From the NCBI GenBank assembly GCA_905178155.1, contig CAJINV010000011.1:2035894-2099893 (forward strand): DNA of 64,000 bases. The letters are read 5' to 3'. Shown piece by piece: positions 24,710 through 38,303 of the stretch. This DNA is from Amoebophrya sp. A120. Taxonomy: Eukaryota > Protista > Dinoflagellata. The notes under the pieces were generated by a model. It did no database searches. It had not been told where the DNA came from and saw only the letters and a program-made list of their open reading frames with translations. Each line of letters begins with the position of its first letter. The stretch's first letter is position 1. The position numbers were made by a program, and so were the translations under genes.

Positions 24710-26260
24710 CTACGACGTTTCCAATCCCATCACTTCGGCGAAAAATGCAGTGGAAGTGCCAGGATCGAAATCGTCAAAGTTGAAATAGTTTGTCATGCAT
24801 CAAATGCGACGCAGAAATTGTCTCTATTTCAGAGGACGCAAGAGAGGCAGACTGTAAGCCTGTTGAGGGGTAAAAATAAGGCTGCTCAAGTAGCATGACA
24901 AAAGGCGTCGTCCTTACCCAAGCAGCTGCATGACAAACTGGATTTAGATTCCAACCAAATTTGTCATGCTCCACTTGGAAACTGGGTTTCTAGGCAAATT
25001 ATTTCAACTTTGTCGATTTCGATCCTGACAGTTCCATAAACGCAGGCAGACCCGTAGCGAGCCGCTTCCCCGGGCCGACCGGCTTCACCGGCACACCGCA
25101 GACTGCCATGATGTCCACTTGGTGGCTATCAAATGTAAAAATGTCTGGGTCTGGAAGAATGCAAGTTTGTCATGCTTGTCTGGCATGACTCTTAAATCTG
25201 TCATGCACATTACCAAAGAGCCCCACTTTTCTGTCATGCAGAAACGTAGTTTGTCATGCAGAATAGGCAACACCTAGAAGCTCAGAAACTTGTCATGCTG
25301 AGCCAGCAATTGTCGCCTCCTCATGATACGCCACACAGCATCACAAGTTTCCAGACCCAGACATTTTTACATTTGATAGTGGCTCATGTGTTGCTTGGCG
25401 GCGGCGCCACTGTCCCAAAACAGCGTAGCCCCGTACTCAATGGAGACGTAATTGTGTTTTGTTCTCGGATGAGTTGTCCTTGGACGATAGACCTCATTGT
25501 TGCGGCATTCCATCCTAAATTCGCGCGCATTCCTCATCCTTTCCCGCACCTCTTGCTGCTCCAGATCGAGATTCAAGAACGTGCCCCCAATCCGGCCGAA
25601 AAGATGGAGTTGCGAACAAGCGGAACCCGGCTCCGGGTCGCGTGGCTCGGAGAGAGTCAGCTTGAACTTGGGCCGGGGGTCCGCCGGGTCGGTAGAGGGC
25701 AACAAGCGCACGGTATCGGTCAAATTTGTCAGCACGGAAAGCTCGCAACGACGACCAGGCGCATCGATCAGGGCAACAGAGAAAGCCAGCGAGCTCACAT
25801 GTACTCCGAACGGAGAATAATTGTCAAACACGTTCTCGAGGCTGGCATATCCGATCGCCATTTTGCACCTCCGTTCGTCGGAGAGTGCTACCTTCACCAA
25901 TTTTGGCGGCGGAAACCGGGCCGAAGTCGTGATTCTGAAATCTTCCAAAACAAATTGCTCTCCGCTCACTCCGACACGCGCGAGCTCAAGCTGCTGCAAA
26001 ATTCGGGTCAGCGGCGATGAAATCTCTTCCGCAGAGGTAGAGGACCTAGCCGGCTCGCACTGCAGAAAGGTCCATATCTTGCGCCCGACTTCTTGGGGCA
26101 AATAACAGAAAACCGCAGGATTTTTGCTCTTCAACCGCAGCTGCTGCTTCTCGAAGCACAAAAGTGCGGTTTTCACCAAGATAGCGTTCACCCGGCCCCA
26201 GGATCTCTTGCTCGTGTTCTGCAGCTCAGCTGCTTCGATCTGGTGGTATAACTGCTCCAT
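24710..26260 (-). CDS. Hypothetical protein with F-box-like motif; start uncertain (ORF open to 26404)
   Basis: 345-aa ORF containing YLPQEVGRKIWTFL; frame continues through two introners to TAG at 24710. Confidence 0.55.
24749..25038. mobile_element. Introner family D (left end degenerate)
   Basis: TSD AATGC/AACGC. Confidence 0.82.
25127..25378. mobile_element. Introner family A
   Basis: TSD GTGGC; very similar to 40993-41244. Confidence 0.9.
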
Positions 26261-27428
26261 CGAGAAGTCTTCAGGGGTGCCGTGAAAAACGTCGCAGGGT
26301 TCATTCTTGGCGATTCCGGTTGCAATGTGCAGAAAATTAGCCACAGAAGTCAGTGTTCTATGCCGAGTACGACAATATTCCACGTTGCATTTTGCTGCAA
26401 CCAAACAAATCGCTACTTATGTCGTCCAAAAGAAAAAAGTGTGTATAAACCAGCGAGTCATCAGCTACAAACATACACAAAGCCTGCAAAGCATAGCAGC
26501 AACGTATTTCTCACTGAAACTGAAAAGATATGACTAGATTCACCTGTGAAGCCGTAAACAAGCGCTTAGCTTACTGCTTGTTCACAAAAGAAGTAGAAAA
26601 TCAACACTACTACTTTGACACTCCTACAGCCTGCGAATCCTTGTCCGTGATCGTGAAAGAACCGCGACACTGCTATCAAACGGGTGGCAGACGCAAAACT
26701 GCACCGCACGCCCTCTGCACACCGTGAGATGGAACGAGTAGACATCAATCGCATCGCGGATAATCTTCAGTCTCAGCAAATTACAGAAGGATCTGTTGTC
26801 TGTGCGGCTCTTCAGGAAACAAACCTTTTGCAGCTTTCTGAAAGCTAATAGGCTCCGTGGAATATTCGTATGCAACTAGATTGATCTTCCGCAGCCAGAA
26901 GCGACAGAAACATGATGGAACATGTGGCGACTCCTGAATTACTCAGTCTCTTCCCTCGTGTGGCACAACTCCGGCCGCACCTATCGCACCGCCGGCGCAC
27001 ACCCGCAACAGAGAGTTTTTTCATTTACACTGTCTTCGCAGATCATCGCTGTCGTCTGTCAATAGACTGGAGTGACAAGATTACGCATCATACAATCGGC
27101 CTCGGCGATGAACTGAAGAAGAAGAAGTCCTTTGCATTTACTATTCCTTTATTTCCATTGGCAGACAATCAAAGTGAAACACGAGATCGAAACTTCGATC
27201 GCTACTTGCATGGTATTCAATTTCAAAATTACGTCAACTCCAGAAACAATCGCGTTAAAAATACTCATCCCCATTGAGAAGGTTTAAAGGTACAGATCAT
27301 GCAGTGTCGACATGGATTAAGTATCGGAATCATATTAACCGCATCTGGCTGCTGCTGATCTTGCCGCTTCACGCAAAGCAGAACCACAACCCTGTGGAAC
27401 CGACAAAAATTCCCTCCGCCCCCTCCCT

Positions 27429-29240
27429 TCAAGAAGAACTCGCTGCTTCACTTGCGGCGTCCTCCTCCCCGGTTTTGTCCGCAGAAGCCGGTGCTGGAGC
27501 AGGGACGAGCGCCGTTTGTTCTTCTTCTTGCAGCGGAGGTTTCTTCATCCATTCGGCAAACCCTTCCTTGTCGTACTCGTAGAAAAGTTTGTGCGGGTCG
27601 TCTCTGAGATTGAGCATGACGGCGCCATTCTCGTACGGCTTCGGAGGACGAGTAGTACTAGCATGATCATGAACATGATCTACTCCAGCAGGACGAATAG
27701 TACTAGCAAATAGCATGTAGCACTCGGCGAGCCAAGCCATGGGCCCCACCGCATCCGCTTGCCGCATCTCCTCGACCCCGGCTCGGGCGTGAAAGTCCTG
27801 GTACGACCACGCGGCAGCAAACCCGTGCAGTTTCAGACTGGCTTCGCCCTTCCCGAACTGGTAATTGATCGCGGCATTCTTATTTCGCGCGATGCCCTTG
27901 TGCTCCGTCTCTTTCTGGGGGCGGATCTGCACAGACATCGAAATCACTATTTTCGCCTGCATCCCCTGCTCCGCCCAGCTCGTCTCCTTGTTGCCCGGGT
28001 GGTAGTAGTACTCAAACACGTTCAACGCACCAGCGAGTGACTTTTGGCCGTGGTTGAAGTACAATCGCGCGACTTCGTGCAGCGTCTGCAATTGAAGGCT
28101 GCGGTTGCGGATGTTGTATGAGACGGAAATCAAATGAATCCCCCCTCCCGTGAGATTTGCATACCGAGTAGAAGAAGAAGTCCCAGGAGGTTCATCGCGT
28201 AGAATACACGACAAAAAATCATTTCTATGCCATTGCATCCAGGCAGCTTGTTGGGCAGATGGTGTATAGTAAGCTTGTGTCGCCATTAGATAGAAGTCTG
28301 CTTACAGCTGTTGGGCAGGGCAGACAAACCCTCCATCGAGTATAGACACATGGCGGGGGATTTTCGCTGTCGATACCTCTTCCCCAAAATCCTCCACGGA
28401 AATAGCGTAGGCGACGTAGTAGGGCCCGGCTTCCACCCCGGACGCCAGCTTCTCGCTTGCCCGCCACCACACCGCCCCCGGGATGCGCAACAGGCGGTGG
28501 CATCCCACCACGTCCTGGAAGGTTCCGTCGGGTCCGCCACAGCCCGGCTGGCCCGCCCAAGCCCCGGTCCGGAATGCCGCGCCCCCGTTGACGTGCACCC
28601 ACAGAAGCTCCGTCACCCAGACCAGGGGTGCGCCCGTCGGGTCGACCGCCAGGCGCCAGATGGGCAGCAGACTTTTGTTCTTGATGTCTCCAGTAGTACT
28701 AGACGCCTCGCTTTGCTGCTGCATCGAGTCCGGACAGGGCGTGCGCGCACTGTAGGCGACAATAGACGGAACCGTCTTCGCAGAGGCCCCGGCTTCCGGG
28801 TGAGGGTCCACCAGGTCGTCTTCTTCGTACCAGTCCCAGGCATGGAACCAGAAACTCTGCCCATCCTATCAAATGCAAATAGCGATCTGGGTCTGCATGA
28901 CTAAAAACCGCGTTTTTATTGCATCTCATGAAAGGGGAGGACCTTGCACTTGCTTTGCGTGGACGAGCATCACAAACCTGTGAAAATCATCATACAAGAC
29001 CCACATCATGACAGATCTTGCACCGGTCCAGTCAGACCCAGCAATTACATTCACAATTCCTAGATCCGTCGCCGTTCCGAAGCGGATGATGTCATTGCCG
29101 TTCTTGTACTTTTTCTTTTCCTCGACCAGCTCGTGGCCCTGCTCCAGGAAGGCAAACTGCTGCAAGGCCCGCGCATGGTCGCAGTGCAGCAAAGAGCTGC
29201 AGCCGGTGGACAGAAGTATTAAAACCGCCTGCTTGTTCAT
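27429..29240 (-). CDS. Hypothetical, probably secreted protein (could be two genes)
   Basis: Signal-like N-terminus MNKQAVLILLSTGCSSLL; removing element 28867-29062 joins it in frame to ORF 28302-28811; link to ORF 27429-28286 inferred. Confidence 0.55.
28867..29062. mobile_element. Introner family A (degenerate)
   Basis: TSD CATCC/GATCC. Confidence 0.78.
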
Positions 29241-31009
29241 TGCCACCGCGTGCGGCAGGCCGAAGCCACGTGGCTCTCGGAACTCCAGCGTCTAGTACCT
29301 CTGCGACATCTGTTTATTGCCTCGTCTGGAACTACGTTGCAGTTTAATGGATTTCAATTTCTTTTCTCCCTGTTTTTTCAGATCAAATCTCGTGCTATTT
29401 TTGCGGTTCTTTCCGAATAAACCGAATATGATGTAGTTGCGTGGTGCTCGGGCAAGTTTTTTAATTACACACAATAAATTATTTACGTTGAGTTGCGCAC
29501 CGTGTCGAGGAAAGTAGAGAAAGTCCAGTAAAAAGTACCGGACTATGTGTTGTGTGCCGCAAGATTTTTCCCAAGAGGGATCTTGGAGGTGTCACCTTCT
29601 AGCCGATACTGTGGGAAGTCCACCTTGTTACACCTGTGAGTGTAACAACAAAACCGCATCAGGAGCAATTCGGCAGGTTGTTCTTTGGCAAGATCACGTG
29701 AAAAAGCGGAGGTCCGCGCATATTGCAACTACAGAGAAGCACATCCATGAGAGCTGCGGACAACGAGAACGACAACGACTTCCAATTTTCCTGCAAAAAT
29801 AAAACCGATCCCGATTTTAAAAAACAGTAGCGTAGTAACTACCTCCCGCAACCGACGGGAAGCGGTAGTAGAAACCTTCAACCGACACGCTTCAAACCAC
29901 AAGCTCGTAGACAAGATTCACACAAAGATGCGTACACAAATTACTTCCACGATGGGTTCTGCTGCGGGAACAATGAATCAATAGCCCAGGACTGGAATTG
30001 TATTCGGTTCTTCAACAGTAATCACCATTCAACCGTGCTATACTGCGCTGGAAAGCTTTATTATCTTTACGCACAGATCACATTAAGTCGTCATGTCGTC
30101 TTGTCGCTGGCAATGGGGATCGCGGCCTGAAACCAGGGGCGCTCTGAAGATTGTCTTCAAGTTCAAACTTGCTCGTCAGTAGCGCTACATTACAGTCGTC
30201 AAAAGCGAAACCAAATGAGTTTGAAACATTCATACCCGACTCGAAGATATAATCCTATTCGTACTTTACAAAATATAGCCGCCGGGGCGGGGGTAGTGAG
30301 GTCGTGGGCGTTTTTTTGCCGACCGCAGCCTTGGCCGCGGCTTTGCTTTTTATGGGCTCGCCATACCACCGTGAGTAACGTTATGCCGCACGGTATGGCG
30401 GCCACTTGGGAAACGTCGCAAATTTTGGCACATTTCCAAAATTCCTTTCCGAAAGCCAGCCCCGATGCTATGGGGCCGATCCGGGTGCCACGGGGGGCGC
30501 CCAAAAAGCGAAGAAAAACCGGGCCCATAGCATGCGGATTGGCTTTGCGCGTCTGGCGCGCTTTTTATTTTTCGCGTTTTTATTTTTCACGCCGGCGCTT
30601 TTTGCAAAGCTTCCCAGGCTCTAAAACCGGCGAAAAGGCGGCCGCTTTCGCGGCCACCCAAAATACTCCGAAATCGCGGCCGTGCCAGGCTGTTTCGCTG
30701 TTCTGATTTTGGGCGCGTTTTTTGCGCGCCCCTTTTTGGGCGCCCCAAATCGCCAGAAACGAAGGCGGCGGGCGCCTCAGAAGGGCGCCCCTTTTACCGG
30801 CTCCCCTGCGTCGTTTTATCAAGTGCGAATCGATAGTTTTCGACCTGGCTTGTTTGCCGCAAACGCCCCGGCCGCTTGATAAGTGAAAACTTTTTATGCT
30901 CAAAAACACTTCCGACCGCTTGAAAACTGCCGGTCGTTTTTCAGGGTATATGGCAAAAAAACTCCCTGGTTAGAACCGTTCGGTGACCTCACTACATATA
31001 AACGGTGTC

Positions 31010-33744
31010 TCAACCCCGCGAAAATCGCGCTCCGCCCTTTCGGAGCAAAAACCTCCGCTCCGCGCTCGCGATCGCCGCGACTGCATCCGGATTTAGGTCG
31101 TTTCCGAGCAATTCTGCCTGTTTTTTCCCGATCGCTAGCAGCCGGCCAAACTTGGAAAAGTTGCACATCGCGCTCATTTGCAGCAGGGATTCCAGCAAGT
31201 CCGGGTCTACTAGAGGATATTCTTCTATATTTCTACAGGATTCTCCTTCTCGCTCGCCCTCTTGGTAGCAGTGGTTGTCTTGGAGGTTCTGGCTCTCTCC
31301 ACCACGTCGCGATGTTGTCGCACCAGCAGAGTCACTAGTGCATCCTTGTAGGTCCTGTACGCGAGGACTACAATCATCAGCACGAGCACCCAAGCTCTGT
31401 CTGTTGTTTCCGCTAACAGAAGGGGCAGAGCCTCGAAGAGGTGCGCTGTCTTCTGGTGCAGCGGCTGTTGCACCAGCACTTCCCTTGTTGTTCCCGCTCG
31501 GTGCTGGTGACAAAGACGAGCACAAGAGGACCTCACAGTCATTCCCCTGCTTTTCCCCCTGGTGGTTGTATTCTGCAACCTCCCGGAGCAGGGCCTGCTG
31601 CTCCGCCACGAGAAAGTCGAACAATCTGTCCAGCGAAAACGCGTTGAGCCAGTTGTATGGGAGTGTCACAATCGAAATTGACAAAATCGAAATGATTTGT
31701 CATGCATAAAATGGATTCCAGTTCGAACCCAGTTTCTAAGTTGCGCATCACAAATTCTGGCTGTGTCTAAATCCAGTTTGTAATGCTGTTTAGGCAAAGA
31801 AGACTGATTCTCTCATGCTGCTTTAGCAGCTCGAACTATAACCCCAAACAGGCTTACAATCGGCCTCAATTGCCTGCTCTGCAACTACACACGTGTTTCG
31901 CGTCATGCATTTTATGCATCACAAATTTTTCGACTTTGTCAATTTCGATCCTGACAGTTCCATAAGTTGTGGTTGATCGAAACCGCGTCGGTGATGTTTA
32001 CCACGTCGTGCACCCAGCAGGCAGGAACGAAGAATAATTCCCCCGGGTTTTGCACGACCCGGTAGACTTGAGGATGGTGTCGTTGTTGTTTCCCTGATAT
32101 TTCTTCTACCTGGTCGCAGTCGTTTGTCCTGACTTGACAACTACCGTCTTGATGTTCCCCATGATCTCCTGCAAATGACTCAGGGCCGCGATAATCGATC
32201 ACATTCCTCTTCTCGTCCACCAAGCTCCCGAAGTCCGCACAGCTGAACAGCCGCCAAAACTTCCGCCCGCAAATGTTCGCCGACCAGCTGTAGCTGCAGA
32301 GCACGTCAAAATGCGGCGCCGTCGCCGTTCCCTTTCTCCCGGCGTAGCAGAACCGGTAGTCCTCCCCGAGCCCCACCGGCGGCGGGTGGTTCAGCCAGTC
32401 GAATTGAAAACTTTTCCCGAGAAAGTCGGGGAGCTTCTCTTGGTAGTCACACATCAGCTGCTGGACGGTCGTCGTTGTTCTCGAAGCACGGGACGACTTG
32501 GTCGCTGGGCGGGGTGGCTGTGGAACATCATCTCCCGTCGTGCAGCTGGGGTCGTCGCGGACAGCACCTGTGTTTGTTCTCTCTGTTTCAGCTTTGTTGC
32601 CCGTCATGGCTCCCGGGCGACCTCCATCCGCAGGAACTTCAAAACCACGACGGCCTGAAATAGTAGTAAGGTCGCGGCAGTAGAATAACGGTGCAGCAGC
32701 TTTCCTTTCCGGATGTTGATCACGGTCGTCGTCTTCCTCGGAGCTGGGCGACCTTGTCGTGCTGGGAGATGTTGATGAGACCGAAAGAGAACTTGTCGAC
32801 CGCAGAGTGCGATCTGTGGAAGTAAGAGGGCACGACGTCGACGTTGCGGCCAACTCTATGTCCTCTCGTGGTTCACCTCGTGGCTCGCCCCGGATGGTTT
32901 GTTGTATCCTGATGTTTTGTTCCTCTATTTCTCTCTGTTCTTGTTGCCCACAACTTTCAACATCTTCAACCTCCACTTGGTCGAATTCTAGCCTTCCCTC
33001 CTCGCACAGCTGCTGCAGGTGCCAGTCTTTCAGGTAGGACGGCTGGGAAATAAATCGCGGGGTTGGTACACAACCAGGTAGACAAGAACTCGCTGGCACC
33101 GGCACTTGTTCCTTATCATCGCGAGATGAACTCGAACTTCTGGTGGTCTCCAAAAATTCCCGTACCGTGGTCCTTGGTTTGTTCTGGTTCAGCTCCTTCT
33201 TCGCAACTCCACAAGCTTCACCCGCTGCGATAATCTCCTCGGGCAGGATCACACTGCCGCACGACGCGAGGAACTTGTCGAAGCTGCGCCAGTGTTGGAA
33301 AACCTCCCATTTTATCGATTGCAAATATGTCTGGGTCTGGAAGAGTAGAACTTGTAATGCCGTCTGCGGATTCCAAAAATGTCTATGTTGCATGAGCGGC
33401 AAGAGGAGTCAGCTCTTGGCACGCAGAGAGGGTATTTCTCATGCGTAATTAGCATCAAGAAGCTTTCAAAAAATCTGTGATGCTAGAACCAGCATCACAG
33501 ACCTCACGGATCATGCAAAATGTGCATGACAAGCCCCGACCCAGACATTCTTGCAGTTGATACATTTTTCCACGACCCCGGTGATTATCACAGGCTTGTT
33601 GGGGCGAAGAAACTCCGCACAGAACCGCTCGGTCGTCAAGTGGTCGATGGAAATTCGGGGGATCTTGTGGTCGTCGACATAGAGCCGAGAAGATTCGTCG
33701 CTGCCGGACTTGCTGTTCTTGCCGCCTCCATTGTTCTCTCCCAT
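31010..33744 (-). CDS. JMJD4: JmjC-domain 2-oxoglutarate/Fe oxygenase, JMJD4-like
   Basis: FLRPNKPVIITG, YLKDWHL, YRFCYAGRKGTATAPHFDVLCSYSWSANICGRKFW, QNPGELFFVPACWVHDVVN, SINHNWLN (rejoined across an introner). Confidence 0.85.
31656..31964. mobile_element. Introner family D
   Basis: TSD AGTTG. Confidence 0.9.
33313..33562. mobile_element. Introner family A
   Basis: TSD CATTT; similar to 40599-40861. Confidence 0.9.
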
Positions 33745-34543
33745 TTCGGCGTGGTCTGTGTGGTCTTGTGTAGGCGCAGCTTGCGGGCTGCGGCTGTGCT
33801 GTTAGGGAAGTAGAACTACGTCGGCCATGACTTCTTATTTCCTACATGCGATATTAACTTGGCTACTTAGTTTGATCGGATGTTGAGCGAAGCCTGCTGT
33901 GCCGATCAGAACCTCCAAAACTTCTTTGTACTTACACACTCTCGAGATCATCGTGCTGTTCATTGAGATCGCTTTAGTACTCCTGTTCGCGATTTCGGCG
34001 TTGATATGATCGCAAGCAGCTGTTGAAGGGAAAAGTGAGACAGATGTCGAAGGCCCGGTGCTTCTTATTCGTCGAGAAAAAGATTGATGATGATGTCAGG
34101 CGACTTGTATTAATCCTTTCACCAAAAACGACCTCCAGCGGCCGCACTCACTCTCGCGCATCGGTGGGAGCAAGTAGGGCAGGTGAAAACGTGATCTCTG
34201 AGCATAAAAACAACATTTTTTAGATACTTAAGTACTTATTTCCTTGGACGAGCAAAATTTGGAGGACCAATGATGATCTGTGTCACCTTTCAAACAAGAA
34301 CCGGATTAAGCTACAACCTTCCTCTTTCCCGCGATTTTCTTTTTCATTTGGTCGGCGGGGACGGAGGAAAAAAGAGCAAAAAGACATTTGATGCCACGAA
34401 TCGCATGGGCATGATTCTTGCACCCACGTCTAACGCGAGCCGATGACAATAGCTATCACCATTTCTGCTTTGCCTCTGTCGTTCTGTGATTTTTGCCAAG
34501 ACGTTGGAAAAAAAACGCCACAACAACGGAAGATACAAATCTT

Positions 34544-36962
34544 CTACGCAGTCAGTAAAACCGAAAGGGCAGCTTCCTGGACTCGTCCAAGGCACGGATC
34601 CATTGCTTTTTCCAGGTTATCGTCCCGGGCAAATCGATATGCGCTGCAAATGTGTTTGGGTCTGGACGAGTCCGAGTTTGTCATGCTAGGACTGGGTGAC
34701 GCAAAGGTTTGTCTTCCTGAGCAGCAGCAAAGGCCACCCACTCTCGGGCGCCCGAATAAAATGGCATTTCTCATGCAGCATAGGCATTCCGGAACCACCT
34801 TCCTGAAACTTACGATGCTCCACCTCGCATTCCAAACCTTCAGGGCCATACGAATTCTGCATGACAGATCTTGCAACCTTTCAGACCCAGACATATTTGC
34901 AGTTGGTAGTCGGTGTACTTGCGACTGTAGCGCCAATCCGGGATCAACAGCGCCATCGTCGCTTTGCGCAGCGGCACCAACCGCTCCTGTAGTGTTTTTG
35001 TGTTTAGTACTGTTTTAGCATGTCCCACCCTGACCACTCCTAAGTACTTTAACTTTACATTGAGAGAAACAACGTGTGTTGCGCATCCAGCTCTATAGAT
35101 ACGTGCAATTCCTCCAGCTCCTGCTCATTTTTCTCGATCGTGGCTCGCCAGGCCTGCTTGCTGACGCTCTATCCCCCAGAAAAAAGCCGGCAGGTCATAT
35201 TTGTAATGCAAAAATAAATAGACAAAAAAATCTGTATTTCATGCCCTAAGCAGCATGCTATGGCCTCGCCCATGACAGATTTTCCTGTGTATTTATTTGT
35301 GCATTACAAATATGACCTGCCTGCTTTTTTTAGTGGGTTACGCTTTCGTCGTTGCCCATCCGCTTGATCTTCGCCTCCAGCAGCTTCTGCTCCTCCTCCA
35401 AGTGGAACCGGCGCGTTTCCAGCTGCTCCCGCACCACCTGATTGCCGCGGATCTCCTTCGCACGCAACGCCTGTTCGTGGATCTCCCGCCGGGATAACAC
35501 GGTGAGAATCCGTATCAAATGCAAATATGTTGTCTGGGTCTGGAAGAATGCAACGCTTGCGTTTGTCATGCACGTTTGGCACCTTGAAATCCCCTACGTT
35601 TGTCATGCACGTTTGGCATGACCCATGACGTCTGTGATGCATGCCCTAGCATCATAGATTATGCGAGGGCTTTCTGATCCCTAGTCTGCATGAGAAATTT
35701 TCTCTCCACGTAGCACAAACCGGACGTCTCATCTTGCTGGACGTGCAAAAATACAGGTCTTTTTAGAATCCAAAGTAGGCAGCATCACAAGTTGTTGCAA
35801 CAGTCTAGACCCAGACGCACTCCAATTTGGTAATCCGCTTCATGGTGAGTTTCACTTTCTTCAACCGTCCGTGGTTCCTCCACATGTTCGGCGTGTTCGA
35901 GGCTTGGCGGACGAATTGGCGCTCGCCAAGAAGGAAATTCTTTTCCTTCAAGCAAACATACCAGAGCTTGTGCAAATCCTCAAACGACTATGAGAGTGCA
36001 CAGCCCCCCCCCCGTCCCCTCACTTGTAATGCAAAACTCCAACTCGAGCTCTTGCCCTGAAGCGCTGCCTTGCATAACAACCTGGAGCACTCAGACAGTA
36101 CTACACTCCGCGCCTGGACTTGTGATGCAAACGCTACATCGGTGCCCCTGTCTCTATTGCTGCTCATGCCATACCAAGGAGAGCGAGGGGGGGTTGTGCA
36201 ATGTCATAACGACTTCAGCCGCAGCAAACACGCGGGCCAAGGGTCGCCGGACTCCGACATTTCCGCCTTCTGATTGAAGTCGGTCTCCGGGTCCCCAAGT
36301 ATCCTGTGCAAAAGTATCGTACTCGACGTCTTGCAATCATGCATTACAAATCTTGTTCTGAAGGTAAATCAGCATTACAAATTTCATTTTTGCTGAGGAG
36401 ATTTGCAATGCATTTATACGAGTACGATACTTTTGCAGCTCATACCAAGCCCGCCGCGCCAAAACTCCTCCACACTGAAGAAACGTTTTTGTCGCCACGT
36501 GCTGCTCAGGTTTAAAGGAAAAGTAGTTTCCCGAGATGCATGTCGACCGACGGTGGACGCGGATGCTGCAGAAGCTGTAGATGGCGAAAATAAAGCACAG
36601 CCGCTTCCTGGTGCTGTCGCGGTCAAGAGCGGTTTCTTGAAAAAAATCATCGCCCGCGCCGTCGCTGTTGAGGAAGAGCTCGTGGAAGTACAATCACCAG
36701 TTCTTACCTCCGCTGCTGCCGCCCGGTGATAACTCATTATCCCGGATGTAGTGGTACTACTGCAGGAGTAAGAACGGCTGCTAGTGCTACGAGAACCCAA
36801 GGTGTGTGTTTCTGCAGCCCTAGAGCTGGTCGACAACAGACGAGGTGGCGGTCCGGGAACCGGAGCGCAAGACCAAGAGCTGGAGGACGAGCAGCTTTTT
36901 ATCATACTAGTGGCACTAGGAACCGCCACGGTGCGGCGCAACGGAGGTTGCACACCGGCCAT
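34544..36962 (-). CDS. MRPL47: Mitochondrial ribosomal protein uL29m (L47)
   Basis: Spliced [34 protein letters not shown]...RLKKVKLTMKRILTVLSRR, with an N-terminal transit-like extension. Confidence 0.85.
34638..34908. mobile_element. Introner family A
   Basis: Degenerate TSD ATCGA/GTCGG. Confidence 0.82.
35170..35340. mobile_element. Introner family G (TIR TATCCCMCAGAAAAAAGCYGGCAGGKCATATTTGTAATGC)
   Basis: TSD CGCTC/CGCTT. Confidence 0.88.
35513..35832. mobile_element. Introner family A
   Basis: TSD ATCCG. Confidence 0.85.
35989..36208. mobile_element. Introner family E
   Basis: TSD ACGAC. Confidence 0.88.
36300..36444. mobile_element. Introner family C
   Basis: TSD CCAAG. Confidence 0.88.
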
Positions 36963-38303
36963 CTTGAGCAGAAGCTGGCACAGCTGATATAGGAAGACAA
37001 CAGCTCGGAAAAACTGGGATGTAGTAACCGGCAAAAATGCGTATTAAACAACAGCTTTTTCATCATCAGCAGCTCTTTCCGACGTATTGAACAGGTGGCG
37101 TTTTTGAAATGGATTTTGAGTAGAAAAATTACAAATGAAGAACGAGGAATGTTGACGCAAAAAAAAGGAAACCAAATTAGTGCACCACGACAGGTCAAAA
37201 CCGGGCTGCCACAAAATCATCAAAACACCAGGTTCACGATACACAATTTCAAAAACGAGTGAAAGTGCTGATCAGTTGATTCCGCAAAAGTGAGAACACA
37301 CATTTGAAAACAACAATAAGGTTGGAAATCCTTTGTAAAACCGAGGCGCCTCCGGGCTTTCACCCGCGCCACTGCGGTTGAGGTTGGTTTTGAATTTAAT
37401 GATCCCCCAATAAATCTGGCCCACTCAGCATTCTTTGACTATCCGGAACAGTCCCGTGCTCACGGCGAGACAGAGAATGAAAAAGCAGATCCTCAAACTA
37501 CAACTACCCAACATACAAAACAAATCAATGCGACACATCATCTAGTATGTCGCGGTAAATATTAAACTGCAAGTATTTATATTTGAATGATCGAGTCCCT
37601 TGACAGGGGCTTCCAAAAAATTGTCGTCCTTGTGTAGTTTTTCCGAGTCGCTCGTGCGAAGTAGTCTGATTAGTATTACAGTTGCGGAGGTGGAGGTGCA
37701 AAAATCAAGCATAGTTGCCGAACGGCAGGAGCTGGGTCGGGTAAAAAATAGTAAAAAAAAGGGCGGATCTGTATATATCTTCGCAGGGAGGAGCTGTGCT
37801 TGTCGCTAGTTCGCTCGCTAAAGTAGCGGCAGCACGTGTACGGAAGTTATTTCTTGGTGAGTAGCATGTTCAACCTATGCCTCCACCTCGCGATTTTAAT
37901 TTTTTTACAGATGCAGTTCCTGTTTTCACGCGGAGCTATGCTAGGAAATAGCTACCACGTCTAAGTTTTTTTGGTCGTGAATCAAAAGTAGAATACAGTC
38001 GCTCATATTGTTTTTGGCTTCCTTCCTCTTTATCATTCCAAGCGATCACGCAGCAAAGGCTTCAGTTTTGCTTTTGCTGACGCAGCCTTGTGCGTAAGTA
38101 CGCAATCAAAACAAGCATATGTTCTGGATACAACTACTACCACGGCTGCTAGAACTGGTATTTAAATTTATTTCTACCTGAAACGTAGAGCGATCAGACG
38201 CTTGTTTATTTCAAAACCTGATAGCACGAAGATCCCACGACCGGTAGCAGTCGTGGTCCTCCAGAACTCGTCGTGCCTCCGTATTTTTTCTTGTACCGGT
38301 TAC

